Shown here piece after piece: positions 17,180 to 26,545 of a stretch of DNA of 64,000 bases. The DNA comes from Candidatus Omnitrophota bacterium (GTDB taxonomy: Bacteria; Omnitrophota; Gorgyraeia; Zapsychrales; Fredricksoniimonadaceae), in assembly GCA_015233675.1 (NCBI GenBank), contig JADFXH010000003.1, positions 89,279 to 153,278 of the forward strand. The letters are read 5' to 3'. Within the stretch, counting starts at the first letter, position 1. Each line of letters starts with the position of its first letter. The notes under the pieces were generated by a model that did no database searches, was not told where the DNA came from, and saw only the letters and a list, made by a program, of their open reading frames with translations. Both the position numbers and the translations under genes were made by a program.

Positions 17180-19539
17180 TGCGCAATTTTACGAAGGTAA
17201 AGCAATTAGGCGGTTTGTCTGTTTTCTTTTTTTCTTTTTGTTTTATATTTTTAGGAACGCCGCTTTTGCGGGCACAGGATCCTTCCTCTGCGGCGGTGTC
17301 CGGTGCTGAAAGCCCAAGCCGTGACTCATCAGAAATAGTGCGCTTATCGTGGAAAGCCTCTAAAGAGGGGGACTTAAAAACCCTTTCTGCCTTAGGGGAC
17401 GAAATAGTAAAAACCTACGGGGACAGGGCCAATGCGTTGGCTTCCCAATTAAATAATTTTCCTTCTCGCAGCAAGGCCGGTGACTATAAAATCATGTCAG
17501 ATGTGGCGACCTGTTTGTTTATCAAAGCTGAAGCTTTCATGCACCAGGGGAAAAATGATGAAGCTATAGCGCAATTTAAGAATATTATTACCCAATATCC
17601 CTGGGCCCAGTGTTTTGATCCTAGCCGCGGAGCTTATTGGTCTGTGGCTGAAAAGGCCCAGGCTAGTATTGATGTGATACAAGGCAAAGCCCCCCAAAAT
17701 CCGGCTCCGGTCAAACAAGCGTCTAAAACTATTCTTGTTTTGAAGTTTCCCGGTAAAGAGGAAGTTGTTGATTGGGCCAAATACGGCAATTTCCTGAATG
17801 TAGGCACTAAGGATTATCATTATCAAATCATTGACCGGGATGGCTTAGAGGCAGCGCTGGGAGAAGGCATTTACCCTAACATAGCGGATGTTTATAAAGA
17901 CCCCTGCTATAAGAAAGCTTTAAGAGAGGGCCGTTTGCAAGGCAGCCATTGGGATTTTGTGAATACACCGGATTTACAGGCTGCTTTTTATAAATGGGTG
18001 ATGGCTCCTGAAGCATGGGGGGTTAAATTGTATTACATAGGTCAGGTCCTTGAAAAGGCAGGGTTGTATGCCCAGGCGATTAAGGCCTATGACTCTCTTA
18101 TTGTAAATTTCCCTTCGACTATTGCCTGGACATATTGGCAGACTCCGTGGTATCCGGCCCAGGCAGCGCTGGCCAAGATACATTACTTGATTCGTATTCA
18201 TCCGCAATTGCATATGGAATTCGTTGGGGCTAAAATTCATATTCTAAATACGGACGACCCTCATAATTATGTAACCAGCACTAAGCCGGGTATTGTTCGA
18301 AAATTAAGCGTTTTGGAAATTGCCAAACAAAAATTGAATTGGCAGCCTCTTAAAATGCCTTTGGGAAAACCGGTCTTTTATTCGGGGCAGGGAGATGTGC
18401 GTTTTGTCAAATATGAAAGCGGGCATTGGCAGTTATTGGTAGACAATAAACCTTTTTTTATCAAGGGAATGAGTTATATGCCCACTAAGGTCGGCCAAAG
18501 TCCCGATGATGGCACGATGGCCGACTGGATGCAGGAAGATGACAATCATGACGGCACGATTAGCGCTCCCTATGAAGCCTGGGTGGATAAGTATGGTGAT
18601 AATAAACGGCATGCTGATGAGCCGGTGGTTGGTGATCTTTTCTTGATGAAAGAGATGGGGGTCAATACATTGCGTATTTATTATCAGCCGGCGATGAAAG
18701 CTGATAAGGCCTTCTTAGAGAAAATGTATAAGGGGTATGGGTTTAAGGTGGCTATGAGTAATTTTTTGGGGAAATACGCGATCGGCTCCGGAGCCAGCTG
18801 GTCAGAAGGTACAGATTACGAAAATCCCGTGCATCAGAAAAATTTGATGGAATATGTCCGGCAAATGGTCATGGAATTCAAGGATGAACCGTATATACTC
18901 ATGTGGATTTTAGGCAATGAGAACAATTATGGCGTTGCTTCCAATGCGGACAAGAAGCCGGTCGCTTATTATAAATTTGTCAATGAAGTGGCTAAAATGA
19001 TTAAATCGATTGATCCTAATCATCCGGTGGCTATCTGCAATGGGGATACTTTATTTTTAAATAAATTTGGGCAATACGCTCCTGACGTGGATGCCTTCGG
19101 CGCCAATGTGTATCGCGGGGATTATGGTTTTGGCTCTTTCTGGGATGAGGTCGCAGAGCTGGCGGGGAAGCCTGCTTTTATTTCGGAATACGGGGCCCCG
19201 GCCTATGGCGGCGCCAGCATGAATTATGAGCAGGGCCAGCAGGCCCAGTCTGATTATCATAAAGGCAATTGGCTGGACATTCTTTATAACAGTGCCGGTT
19301 ATAAAGAAGGAGCTGGAAACTCTGTCGGTGGAATGGCTTTTGAATGGCTGGATGAATGGTGGAAGGACTATTCTCCTTCCATCCATGACACCAAGGCGGA
19401 TGCGGTGGGCCCCTTCCCGGGAGGTTATTATTTTGAGGAGTGGTTTGGTATATTTGGCCAGGGCGACGGTAGTCAAAGCCCATTCTTGCGCGAACCCAGG
19501 AAAGTGTATTATACTTACAAAGAGCTTTGGAAAGAATAA
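17179..19539 (+). CDS. Secreted clan GH-A (TIM-barrel, GH2/GH5-like) glycoside hydrolase with N-terminal TPR-like module
   Basis: The likely start is ATG 17179 (TAATG overlap with the permease stop), giving MRNFTKVKQLGGLSVFFFSFCFIFLGTPLLRAQD as signal peptide. Candidate acid/base WILGNENNYG and nucleophile FISEYGAP, as in clan GH-A. The N-terminal ~125 aa are homologous to the repeats of the next gene. Confidence 0.5.
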   Translation: MRNFTKVKQLGGLSVFFFSFCFIFLGTPLLRAQDPSSAAVSGAESPSRDSSEIVRLSWKASKEGDLKTLSALGDEIVKTYGDRANALASQLNNFPSRSKAGDYKIMSDVATCLFIKAEAFMHQGKNDEAIAQFKNIITQYPWAQCFDPSRGAYWSVAEKAQASIDVIQGKAPQNPAPVKQASKTILVLKFPGKEEVVDWAKYGNFLNVGTKDYHYQIIDRDGLEAALGEGIYPNIADVYKDPCYKKALREGRLQGSHWDFVNTPDLQAAFYKWVMAPEAWGVKLYYIGQVLEKAGLYAQAIKAYDSLIVNFPSTIAWTYWQTPWYPAQAALAKIHYLIRIHPQLHMEFVGAKIHILNTDDPHNYVTSTKPGIVRKLSVLEIAKQKLNWQPLKMPLGKPVFYSGQGDVRFVKYESGHWQLLVDNKPFFIKGMSYMPTKVGQSPDDGTMADWMQEDDNHDGTISAPYEAWVDKYGDNKRHADEPVVGDLFLMKEMGVNTLRIYYQPAMKADKAFLEKMYKGYGFKVAMSNFLGKYAIGSGASWSEGTDYENPVHQKNLMEYVRQMVMEFKDEPYILMWILGNENNYGVASNADKKPVAYYKFVNEVAKMIKSIDPNHPVAICNGDTLFLNKFGQYAPDVDAFGANVYRGDYGFGSFWDEVAELAGKPAFISEYGAPAYGGASMNYEQGQQAQSDYHKGNWLDILYNSAGYKEGAGNSVGGMAFEWLDEWWKDYSPSIHDTKADAVGPFPGGYYFEEWFGIFGQGDGSQSPFLREPRKVYYTYKELWKE

Positions 19540-19633
19540 GACAAGTAAAAGGGGTCTTGCCTGAAAAGGCAAGGTCAGAACAGTTCTTTATTAATCCTTC
19601 ACAATTGGTGAGGGCGTAACGAGGAGGAGTGTA

Positions 19634-20590
19634 ATGAAAAAATGGGTATGGTTTTTATTTATTGCAACATTTGGCTTTTGCGCGATGAATGTTTTCGCGG
19701 ACGACCAGGCCGCTGTTAGTGCCGCTAAAATGGCCGCGGAGAATCAACCGGCGCCAGTGCCAACAGGAAATCCTTCTAAGGGGCCTGCGGCAGGGGTTAA
19801 AGCTCCGATTAATTTTGGGGACTACCGCTCCACTACGCTTGTCGGCAAGGCATGGCAAGCATTGGCTCAAAATGATATTGAGTCTGTATTGGCGTACACC
19901 AATAAGTGTATCTCGCTTTATTCTGCTCAGGCCGGTAAGATGCAGGCAAGTTTGAAAGATTATGCCACCGGTACTAATGATGAGATCTTCAAATATTGGG
20001 CTCTTAATGACGTGGCGACCAGCTTTTATATTCAAGGGGAAGCTTATCGTAATGCCAATATGAAAGATGAAGCAAAAGAGGCTTATAATAAAGTAATTAG
20101 CGATTATTCTTTTGGTCAGACCTGGGATACAAAAGGCTGGTTTTGGAAGCCTTCCGCAGCAGCCAAGGAAAAGATTAGCATGCTCGCCGCCGGGGCGAAT
20201 TGGAATTTCGGCGATTATTCTTCCTCTCAGTTAGTGCAGAAGGCATGGGCAGGGCTGGCTGCAAACGATCTCGCGGCTGTGCAGGCTTATGTTAATAAAA
20301 CATTGGAATTATATGAGGGCAAAGCCAAGGACATGCAGGCATCTTTGAAAGAATATGCCTGGGAATCCAAGGATAAAATTTTTAGTTATTGGGCGCTTAA
20401 CGATGTTGGTACCGGATTGTTTGTTTTGGGCCAAGCCTATCAAAATGCCGGCAAGAAAGATGAAGCCGCTAAGACGTACAAGAGAATCATCAATGAGTTT
20501 CGTTTTGCGCAATGTTGGGATCCTAATGGCTGGTTCTGGAAACCTGCCGAAGCCGCCCAGCAGAAGTTAGCTGAATTGGATAATGTGTAA
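19634..20590 (+). CDS. Secreted protein made of two ~130-aa TPR-like repeats
   Basis: 318 aa, GAGGAGGA Shine-Dalgarno, signal peptide. Internal duplication (NFGDYRSTTLVGKAWQAL...GWFWKPSAAAKEKI versus NFGDYSSSQLVQKAWAGL...GWFWKPAEAAQQKL). Confidence 0.6.
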   Translation: MKKWVWFLFIATFGFCAMNVFADDQAAVSAAKMAAENQPAPVPTGNPSKGPAAGVKAPINFGDYRSTTLVGKAWQALAQNDIESVLAYTNKCISLYSAQAGKMQASLKDYATGTNDEIFKYWALNDVATSFYIQGEAYRNANMKDEAKEAYNKVISDYSFGQTWDTKGWFWKPSAAAKEKISMLAAGANWNFGDYSSSQLVQKAWAGLAANDLAAVQAYVNKTLELYEGKAKDMQASLKEYAWESKDKIFSYWALNDVGTGLFVLGQAYQNAGKKDEAAKTYKRIINEFRFAQCWDPNGWFWKPAEAAQQKLAELDNV

Positions 20591-20604
20591 TAAAAAATAC
20601 TGTC

Positions 20605-20864
20605 ATTTAAATTTGTTCTTTTTATTCGTGACGTAATATATTCCGTGATGGATGAACAGATATTATATATTCGGCACGGGATATTTTTGCCGTCTGCTTC
20701 GGTTTACATCAAAAATATTCTAAAGATTCTCTTCATTTGGAATATTTTTGATGTAAACCCTCGCAGACATTTGGCGAAAAATCCCCGAATGTATCGAATA
20801 TATAATATCTGTTCATCCTTGCGGATATGCTAAAGCACAGTCGCTTCAAATAACAAATTTAAAT
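20605..20864 (+). repeat. Composite palindromic element: family-2-type arms bracketing hairpin copy C
   Basis: atttaaatttgttcttttt (20605-20623) is complementary to aaataacaaatttaaat (20848-20864). The right flank gcacagtcgcttcaaataacaaattt matches the right arm of the 26039-26276 palindrome (gacacagtcgcttcaaagaacaaattc). Confidence 0.7.
20650..20818 (+). repeat. Long-hairpin intergenic element, copy C (family 1)
   Basis: Arms ggatgaacagatattatatattcggcac / gtatcgaatatataatatctgttcatcc. Inner arms tacatcaaaaatattc / gaatatttttgatgta (perfect). Apical loop identical to copy A. The track ORF 20645-20833 is a translation of the repeat. Confidence 0.9.
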
Positions 20865-20955
20865 AGCTATTTATCTATGCTAATGTGCCAATGAAATATG
20901 GCCTTCCTATATAAATCTTCTTCCTGCGGGAAATAGTATAAACAGAAAGATTATT

Positions 20956-21576
20956 ATGAAATTGAGCGGTTTTTTATTTGTTTTTTTAATTATTATTCCC
21001 ATAGCTTACGCTCAAGACAGCGATATGAACGGGGAGGGGCGTCCTAAATCCTTTAAGCCTTTAATTGTTTATCAAGACAAGGGCTTCTCAGCCAATCATT
21101 TTGTGCCTTCAGGGTACATGCCTACAGGCGAATGTATTAAAATGGACGACGCTTTCAAGGAAAATTGCCAGGAAGGTGAAAGCTGCATTAAAATTAGTTA
21201 TGATGTAGCCTGTTCATTAAAGGGCCGGCATTGGGCGGGGATTTACTGGCTTAATCCTGCTGATAATTGGGGCGACAGAAAAGGCGGTTATAATTTAACG
21301 GGTGCGAAAAAAATGGTTTTTTGGGCTCGGGGTGAAAATGGCGGCGAGAAAATTGCTGAATTCAGAATTGGCGGGGTAGGTCAAGGCAGGGAATATCCGG
21401 ATACGGATACGGCATCGATTGGGCCTGTGATTTTATCTAAACAATGGAAAGAATATGAAATTGATTTGCGTGATAAAGATTTGACTTATATCAGCGGGGG
21501 CTTTGCGTGGATCGCCAATGTTGATGATAATTCCTCATCGTGTACGTTTTATCTTGATAATATTCGTTACGAATAA
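20956..21576 (+). CDS. Secreted protein, possible carbohydrate-binding (CBM-like) beta-sandwich
   Basis: 206 aa with a signal peptide. Trp/Gly-rich pattern (HWAGIYWLNPADNWGD, FWARGENGGEKI) and a C-terminal YLDNIRYE reminiscent of CBM domains. No firm family match. Confidence 0.3.
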   Translation: MKLSGFLFVFLIIIPIAYAQDSDMNGEGRPKSFKPLIVYQDKGFSANHFVPSGYMPTGECIKMDDAFKENCQEGESCIKISYDVACSLKGRHWAGIYWLNPADNWGDRKGGYNLTGAKKMVFWARGENGGEKIAEFRIGGVGQGREYPDTDTASIGPVILSKQWKEYEIDLRDKDLTYISGGFAWIANVDDNSSSCTFYLDNIRYE

Positions 21577-21660
21577 TCAGTACACTTTTAAATCCAAACC
21601 TTTACGTCCTTTTTTACGTTAGATGATTTTTTAGAAGATATAAAATTTTTCCGAATTTTC

Positions 21661-21689
21661 TTGTATTGAGGCGTGCGCTTTGTTATATT
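21661..21689 (+). promoter_or_regulatory. Sigma70-type promoter candidate
   Basis: TTGTAT (21661-21666), 17-nt spacer, TATATT (21684-21689). AGGAGA Shine-Dalgarno before the ATG at 21726. Confidence 0.35.
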
Positions 21690-21725
21690 TTGTGTAATAG
21701 TAAAAATTAATTTAGGAGACATTAT

Positions 21726-23033
21726 ATGTCCATAGCTGTGCGTTTAAGTGTTGGGATTTTGGGAGTGCTTGTTGTCATTTGCGCGACGGTTTCGGTATTG
21801 GCCTTAGTGCAAAAGCAGGCACTGCAGGGACAGAACCAGAACTTGCAAAATGAAATTACCAGCGATGAGAGCAAGTTGGCGGATTTGACAACTAAAGCTA
21901 AAAAGTTGGAAGACGATGCAGACCGGTTAAATAATAAAATTTCCCAGGCACAGCAGGAAAAGACCCAGGCTCAAAGCCAATACGATGAACTGAAACACAA
22001 GTCCGATCAATTACAGTCGCAGATTGAACAGGCTAATACTGATCGGGATGATTGGAAAAATCGGGTTGATACGATAACCCGCGAACGTGATGATCTGATG
22101 GAAAAACTAAAAAATCAGCCTCCTAAGATTGTTTATAAAGAAAAAATCCAAAAGGTCTATATTCATGATGCCGCTCCGGCTGCCCCTGCGGCTGCTCCGG
22201 TCGAGGTGGCTTCACCGCAGGGAGATCAATATTGGGCCTCAGTGCTAAGGCAGAAGGCTGCTTTGCAGATAGAAATTTCAAAAGAGAAAGTCGCTTTGGA
22301 TAAGGCCGCTTTACAAGTAGTTGACTTGAAGAAACAGAATTCTGATTTAGCCCTGGAAGTCAAAAGGGTAAACAATGAGAAAGATGAAATTAGCCAAAAA
22401 ATCAAATATGGCCAGGATTTATCGGATAACCTTTCCATTGACTTGGCCCGTTCACGCAATGACCAGAAAGCAGTCAATGATCGCGCGGATAAACTCAAAG
22501 AAGAGAATTTGACATTACAATCTCAAATTAGGGAATTGAGTTCGACCAAGCTTGATCTCGAGCGAACTATTGCCCGTCTGACTGATGATAAAGATGCGAT
22601 GCAGAAAAAATTGATTGAGACGGAAAGCGTCATTCAAAGCCGTATCGATGATATTTGGAAAATAAAAGAAAGTTTGGACAAAAAACTTTCTGAAAATGGC
22701 ACATCAACATCTTCTACGGGCAGCATGGAATTGCCTCCGATTATTGTTAATGCCCCTAATAATCAGCAGCAGGCGACAGAGATTAGGCCAGCACCAGCTG
22801 CGGCCGGTAGGACACGAGGTTCCATTATAAGTATTAATCAGCCTAATAATTTTGTTATTGTTGATTTAGGGCAGCAGAATAGCCCTATCAGCGTAGGCAA
22901 CACGCTGAAGGTCTTTCGTGATTCAACAGAAATAGCTTCTTTGGAGGTCATTCAGGTTCGTCGAGATATCTGTGCCGCAGATATTAAAGACAAATCGAGT
23001 GAGCTTAAAGTGGGAGATGCTGTAAAACTTTAA
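21726..23033 (+). CDS. Membrane-anchored coiled-coil protein with small C-terminal beta domain
   Basis: 435 aa. N-terminal TM (LSVGILGVLVVICATVSVLALV), about 300 aa of heptad-rich Q/E/K/L sequence interrupted by a PAAPAAAP linker, and a C-terminal ...FVIVDLGQQNSPISVGNTLKVFR...VIQVRRDICAADI. No family recognised. Confidence 0.4.
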   Translation: MSIAVRLSVGILGVLVVICATVSVLALVQKQALQGQNQNLQNEITSDESKLADLTTKAKKLEDDADRLNNKISQAQQEKTQAQSQYDELKHKSDQLQSQIEQANTDRDDWKNRVDTITRERDDLMEKLKNQPPKIVYKEKIQKVYIHDAAPAAPAAAPVEVASPQGDQYWASVLRQKAALQIEISKEKVALDKAALQVVDLKKQNSDLALEVKRVNNEKDEISQKIKYGQDLSDNLSIDLARSRNDQKAVNDRADKLKEENLTLQSQIRELSSTKLDLERTIARLTDDKDAMQKKLIETESVIQSRIDDIWKIKESLDKKLSENGTSTSSTGSMELPPIIVNAPNNQQQATEIRPAPAAAGRTRGSIISINQPNNFVIVDLGQQNSPISVGNTLKVFRDSTEIASLEVIQVRRDICAADIKDKSSELKVGDAVKL

Positions 23034-23069
23034 TTAAGTTTAACCTATTATCCTTCGTTTTACCATAAC

Positions 23070-24077
23070 GTGGTTGAAAAAAGAATAAGTATAACTGATG
23101 TTGCCCGAAGGGCTAATGTATCGATCACCACCGTCTCCCGTGTTCTTAACAAAGTTCCTACGGTCAACAAAAAAATCGCCCAGCGTGTAGAACTGGCCAT
23201 AAACGAGCTAAAGTTTAAGCCTAACCCGACTGCCCAGCGCTTGGCTAAAGGAACACAAAACACCGCTATCGGTTTTGTCATTCCGGGTTATCCGGGCATA
23301 TTCCATTCTTTTTACGCAGTGGAGTTGATGCGCGGCATCGGCCATGGCTGCGAAACTCTAAGGCTGGATTTAATTTTTCATATTACAGACGGGAGCAATC
23401 CTTTAAGATCAAATTTTGCCGGCGGTCTTATTTTTGCGGATATCATTGAGAATTTTCCTCAAGTAGAGACCGCAGTGCGCGAGGATACTCCATGCCTGGT
23501 CATTAATCACATTGTTAAAGACCTGGATGTCAGCTATATCGCGGTGGATAATATCAAAGGCGGATTTACGGCCGCAGAATATTTAATCAGTTTAGGCCAT
23601 AAACGTATAGCTACCGTCACCGGGAATATACAGACACAGGCGGGGATAGAGAGGCTTGAGGGGTTTCAAAAAGCGTTGAAGCAGCACGGCATTGATTGTC
23701 CTTCAGACTATGTCTATAAAGGTGATTATTCCCGTCGATCTGCCCGGCATGCTTCGGAACGTTTTTTTTCTTTAGACAATCCTCCGACAGCTGTTTTTGC
23801 CGCCAGTGATGATATGGCCCTTGAGATTATTTCAGTGGCCATGGAAAATGGCATTAAAGTGCCGGAAGATATTTCTGTTATCGGGTTTGATGATAACCCT
23901 GCGGGCCTATTTGGTCCTGTAGGTTTGACCACGATTAAGCAACCGTTGTTTGCTATGGGAGAAGAAGCCGTACGCATTATTTATGACATAATGACAGGTA
24001 ATGAAAAAAGTTTAGTCCACAAAGTGCTTGCCCCAGATTTAATTGTGCGCGAATCCTGCGCACAACCTTCCGCTTAA
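23070..24077 (+). CDS. LacI-family transcriptional regulator
   Basis: 335 aa, GTG start. N-terminal HTH ITDVARRANVSITTVSRVLN followed by a periplasmic-binding-protein-like sugar-binding fold. Confidence 0.85.
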   Translation: MVEKRISITDVARRANVSITTVSRVLNKVPTVNKKIAQRVELAINELKFKPNPTAQRLAKGTQNTAIGFVIPGYPGIFHSFYAVELMRGIGHGCETLRLDLIFHITDGSNPLRSNFAGGLIFADIIENFPQVETAVREDTPCLVINHIVKDLDVSYIAVDNIKGGFTAAEYLISLGHKRIATVTGNIQTQAGIERLEGFQKALKQHGIDCPSDYVYKGDYSRRSARHASERFFSLDNPPTAVFAASDDMALEIISVAMENGIKVPEDISVIGFDDNPAGLFGPVGLTTIKQPLFAMGEEAVRIIYDIMTGNEKSLVHKVLAPDLIVRESCAQPSA

Positions 24078-24136
24078 ATCAGCTTCCAGACATTCCTGAA
24101 TTGGAAGAATATATAGCTTGACTTTTTATTCCAAAT

Positions 24137-24152
24137 TGATACATATGTATCA
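24137..24152. promoter_or_regulatory. Perfect 16-bp palindrome TGATACATATGTATCA upstream of mntH (Fur-family-like box candidate)
   Basis: Perfect inverted repeat 42 nt upstream of the mntH ATG and 14 nt downstream of a TTGACT hexamer (24118-24123). The outer TGATA/TATCA half-sites resemble the Fur-type TGATAAT-N-ATTATCA repeat. Confidence 0.4.
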
Positions 24153-24193
24153 TATGTCAAAATCAGTCCCCAACATCAGGGTCGATATAGAAC

Positions 24194-25567
24194 ATGGAAC
24201 CATTAGTTGGCAATAATCCACAAGAGCCTAAATCGTTAAAAGGCTGGAAAAATGAGGTAACTCATCCAAGCCTGCGTGAGGTGCATGCCTCGATACCGGT
24301 ATTTGCCAACGCGAGTGTTTGGCGAAAGATCCTTGCTTTTGTGGGCCCTGGATTTATGGTTGCGGTTGGTTATGTAGATCCGGGTAACTGGGCAACCGAT
24401 ATTGCAGGCGGTGCTAAATATGGATACGCCCTACTTTCGGTGATTTTAATTTCAAATTTTATGGCTATACTCCTTCAGTATCTAGCCTTAAAGTTAGGAA
24501 TTGTCACAGGCCGTGACTTAGCCCAGGCTTGCCGCGACCATTATTCTAAACCAGCCGCTATTTTCCTGTGGATTATGTGTGAAATTGCCATTGCCGCCAC
24601 TGATTTGGCTGAGGTCATAGGTTCTGCCATTGCGCTTAATTTATTATTTAAAATCCCCTTAGTTGTTGGTGTTTTGATCACGGCTTTTGACGTAATGCTT
24701 TTTTTATTTTTGCAGCATAAAGGCTTCAGGGTTTTGGAAGGCATAGTGATAGTTCTTATTACTACCATGGGAGTTTGTTTTGCCTATGAGCTTACTCTTT
24801 CACATCCGGCTTGGGGATTAATGATGGGGAATTTGCTGCCTAAACCGGAATTAGTGACGGATCCGGGCATGCTTTATATTTCTATGGGGATTATTGGCGC
24901 AACGGTAATGCCGCATAATTTGTATTTGCATTCCAGTATTGCCCAGACCAGGGCCTTTGAGCGCAACGACCAAGGAAAGGCCATGGCCATTCGCTATGCG
25001 AATTTCGACTCTACCTTTGCTTTATTCGGAGCCTTTTTTGTCAATGCATCTATTTTAGTTTTGGCCGCTGATCTTTTTCATGGGACGGGACATCAAAATG
25101 TTGCTGATATTAACACGGCGTATCAATTATTGACCCCTCTTTTGGGCACTTCGTCTGCGGCTATTGTGTTTGCCGTAGCGTTATTAGCTTCCGGTCAAAA
25201 CTCAACATTAACAGGCACCTTGGCAGGGCAAATTGTCATGGAAGGGTTTTTAGATTTACGTCTCCGTCCCTGGGTGCGTCGATTGATGACACGTTTGATA
25301 GCGATCGTTCCGGCTGTTATTATAATAATGCTGTATGGAAGCAAGGGCATGGGGAATCTGTTAATTTTTAGCCAGGTGATCTTATCCATACAATTGGGTT
25401 TTGCGGTGTTTCCTCTTGTTCTTTTTACCAGTGATCCAAGAAAAATGGGCCGTTTTGTTAACGGTTCCTGGCTGAAAGCAATGGCATGGGTTGTTACTGG
25501 TTTTATCATTATATTGAATGCCTACTTATTGATTGTGACCATAGTCTCATGGTTTAAAGGAGGGTAA
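24194..25567 (+). CDS. mntH: Nramp-family divalent metal (Mn2+/Fe2+) transporter
   Basis: 457 aa, about 11 TM segments. Nramp signatures DPGNWATDIAGG and MPHNLYLHS. Confidence 0.9.
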   Translation: MEPLVGNNPQEPKSLKGWKNEVTHPSLREVHASIPVFANASVWRKILAFVGPGFMVAVGYVDPGNWATDIAGGAKYGYALLSVILISNFMAILLQYLALKLGIVTGRDLAQACRDHYSKPAAIFLWIMCEIAIAATDLAEVIGSAIALNLLFKIPLVVGVLITAFDVMLFLFLQHKGFRVLEGIVIVLITTMGVCFAYELTLSHPAWGLMMGNLLPKPELVTDPGMLYISMGIIGATVMPHNLYLHSSIAQTRAFERNDQGKAMAIRYANFDSTFALFGAFFVNASILVLAADLFHGTGHQNVADINTAYQLLTPLLGTSSAAIVFAVALLASGQNSTLTGTLAGQIVMEGFLDLRLRPWVRRLMTRLIAIVPAVIIIMLYGSKGMGNLLIFSQVILSIQLGFAVFPLVLFTSDPRKMGRFVNGSWLKAMAWVVTGFIIILNAYLLIVTIVSWFKGG

Positions 25568-25572
25568 ATTTA

Positions 25573-26004
25573 ATGTATCATAAAATTCTCATTCCTTTAG
25601 ATAATTCACCGACGGACAAGGCCATTCTAGACCACATTCGTCCTTTAGCCAGAATGACTAAGGCGGATTTGATTTTAGTTCATGTGGCCGATGGTTTTGT
25701 GGCACGTTTACAAGATCAATTAAATTTGGCGGATTCTGAAGAAATTAAAAAGGACAAATTCTATTTGGATGCATGTTCTCAAGAATTAACCAAAGAGGGT
25801 TTTAATGTTAAAGCGATCCTGGCACAGGGCAAAGAGCCCGCGGACGGTATTTTAGACATAGCCCAAGTCGAAAATTGTGATTTGATCGCCATGGCAACTC
25901 ACGGGCATGGACCTGTACAGGATTTTATTTTAGGCAGTGTCGCCGACACGTTAAGGCACCGCACAGATATCCCTATTCTAATGATCCGCTCAGCGAATAA
26001 ATGA
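25573..26004 (+). CDS. Universal stress protein (UspA family)
   Basis: 143 aa. MYHKILIPLDNS... and the C-terminal ATP-binding motif ATHGHGPVQDFILGSVA. Confidence 0.8.
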   Translation: MYHKILIPLDNSPTDKAILDHIRPLARMTKADLILVHVADGFVARLQDQLNLADSEEIKKDKFYLDACSQELTKEGFNVKAILAQGKEPADGILDIAQVENCDLIAMATHGHGPVQDFILGSVADTLRHRTDIPILMIRSANK

Positions 26005-26038
26005 AAGCATTGTGATCCTCCGAAGTTGTTTCCCGCAA

Positions 26039-26276
26039 GCGAGCATTATAAGGGATGAATTTGTTCTTTTTGCTCCTGGCGTCATTTTCTTAACGCCAAA
26101 AATTCTTATGATGACGCGGTGGTCAAACAACTCGTCCCGACGATTTCTGTTCGTCGGGACTCAAACATGTTTGACCATTTAAGACTGAGGTCGTAAATGC
26201 CCTCGTCATCATAAGTTTTTTGGCTAAAAATGACACAGTCGCTTCAAAGAACAAATTCATTCCTTATAATGCTCGC
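26039..26276. repeat. 238-bp family-2 palindrome with nested internal hairpins
   Basis: Outer arms gcgagcattataagggatgaatttgttcttt / aaagaacaaattcattccttataatgctcgc. Nested pairs cttatgatgacg/cgtcatcataag, ggtcaaaca/tgtttgacc, gtcccgacg/cgtcgggac. Confidence 0.85.
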
Positions 26277-26311
26277 ACCAATAGGCAAATTGTTTCTTCG
26301 GACACACTTAA

Positions 26312-26485
26312 GAAGGATGAACAGCTATTATGTATTCGGCACATTTGGGAATTTTTCGCCAAAAGTCTGCAAGGCTTTACAGATTGGATGCCGTGAATGA
26401 TTTATCGCGATAGCAGCCAATGTGTAAACCGTAGCAGACGGCGAAAATATTCCCGTGCCGAATACATAATAGCTGTTCATCCTTC
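26312..26485 (-). repeat. Long-hairpin intergenic element, copy D (family 1, TATCGCGATA subfamily, inverted relative to copy B)
   Basis: 31-bp perfect outer arms gaaggatgaacagctattatgtattcggcac / gtgccgaatacataatagctgttcatccttc. The core and apex are the reverse complement of copy B's. Confidence 0.9.
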
Positions 26486-26545
26486 ATGCATGGATGGGCG
26501 CGTTGGTGTTGACAATCGTCGTAATTAGAGGTATTTTAATCGCCT

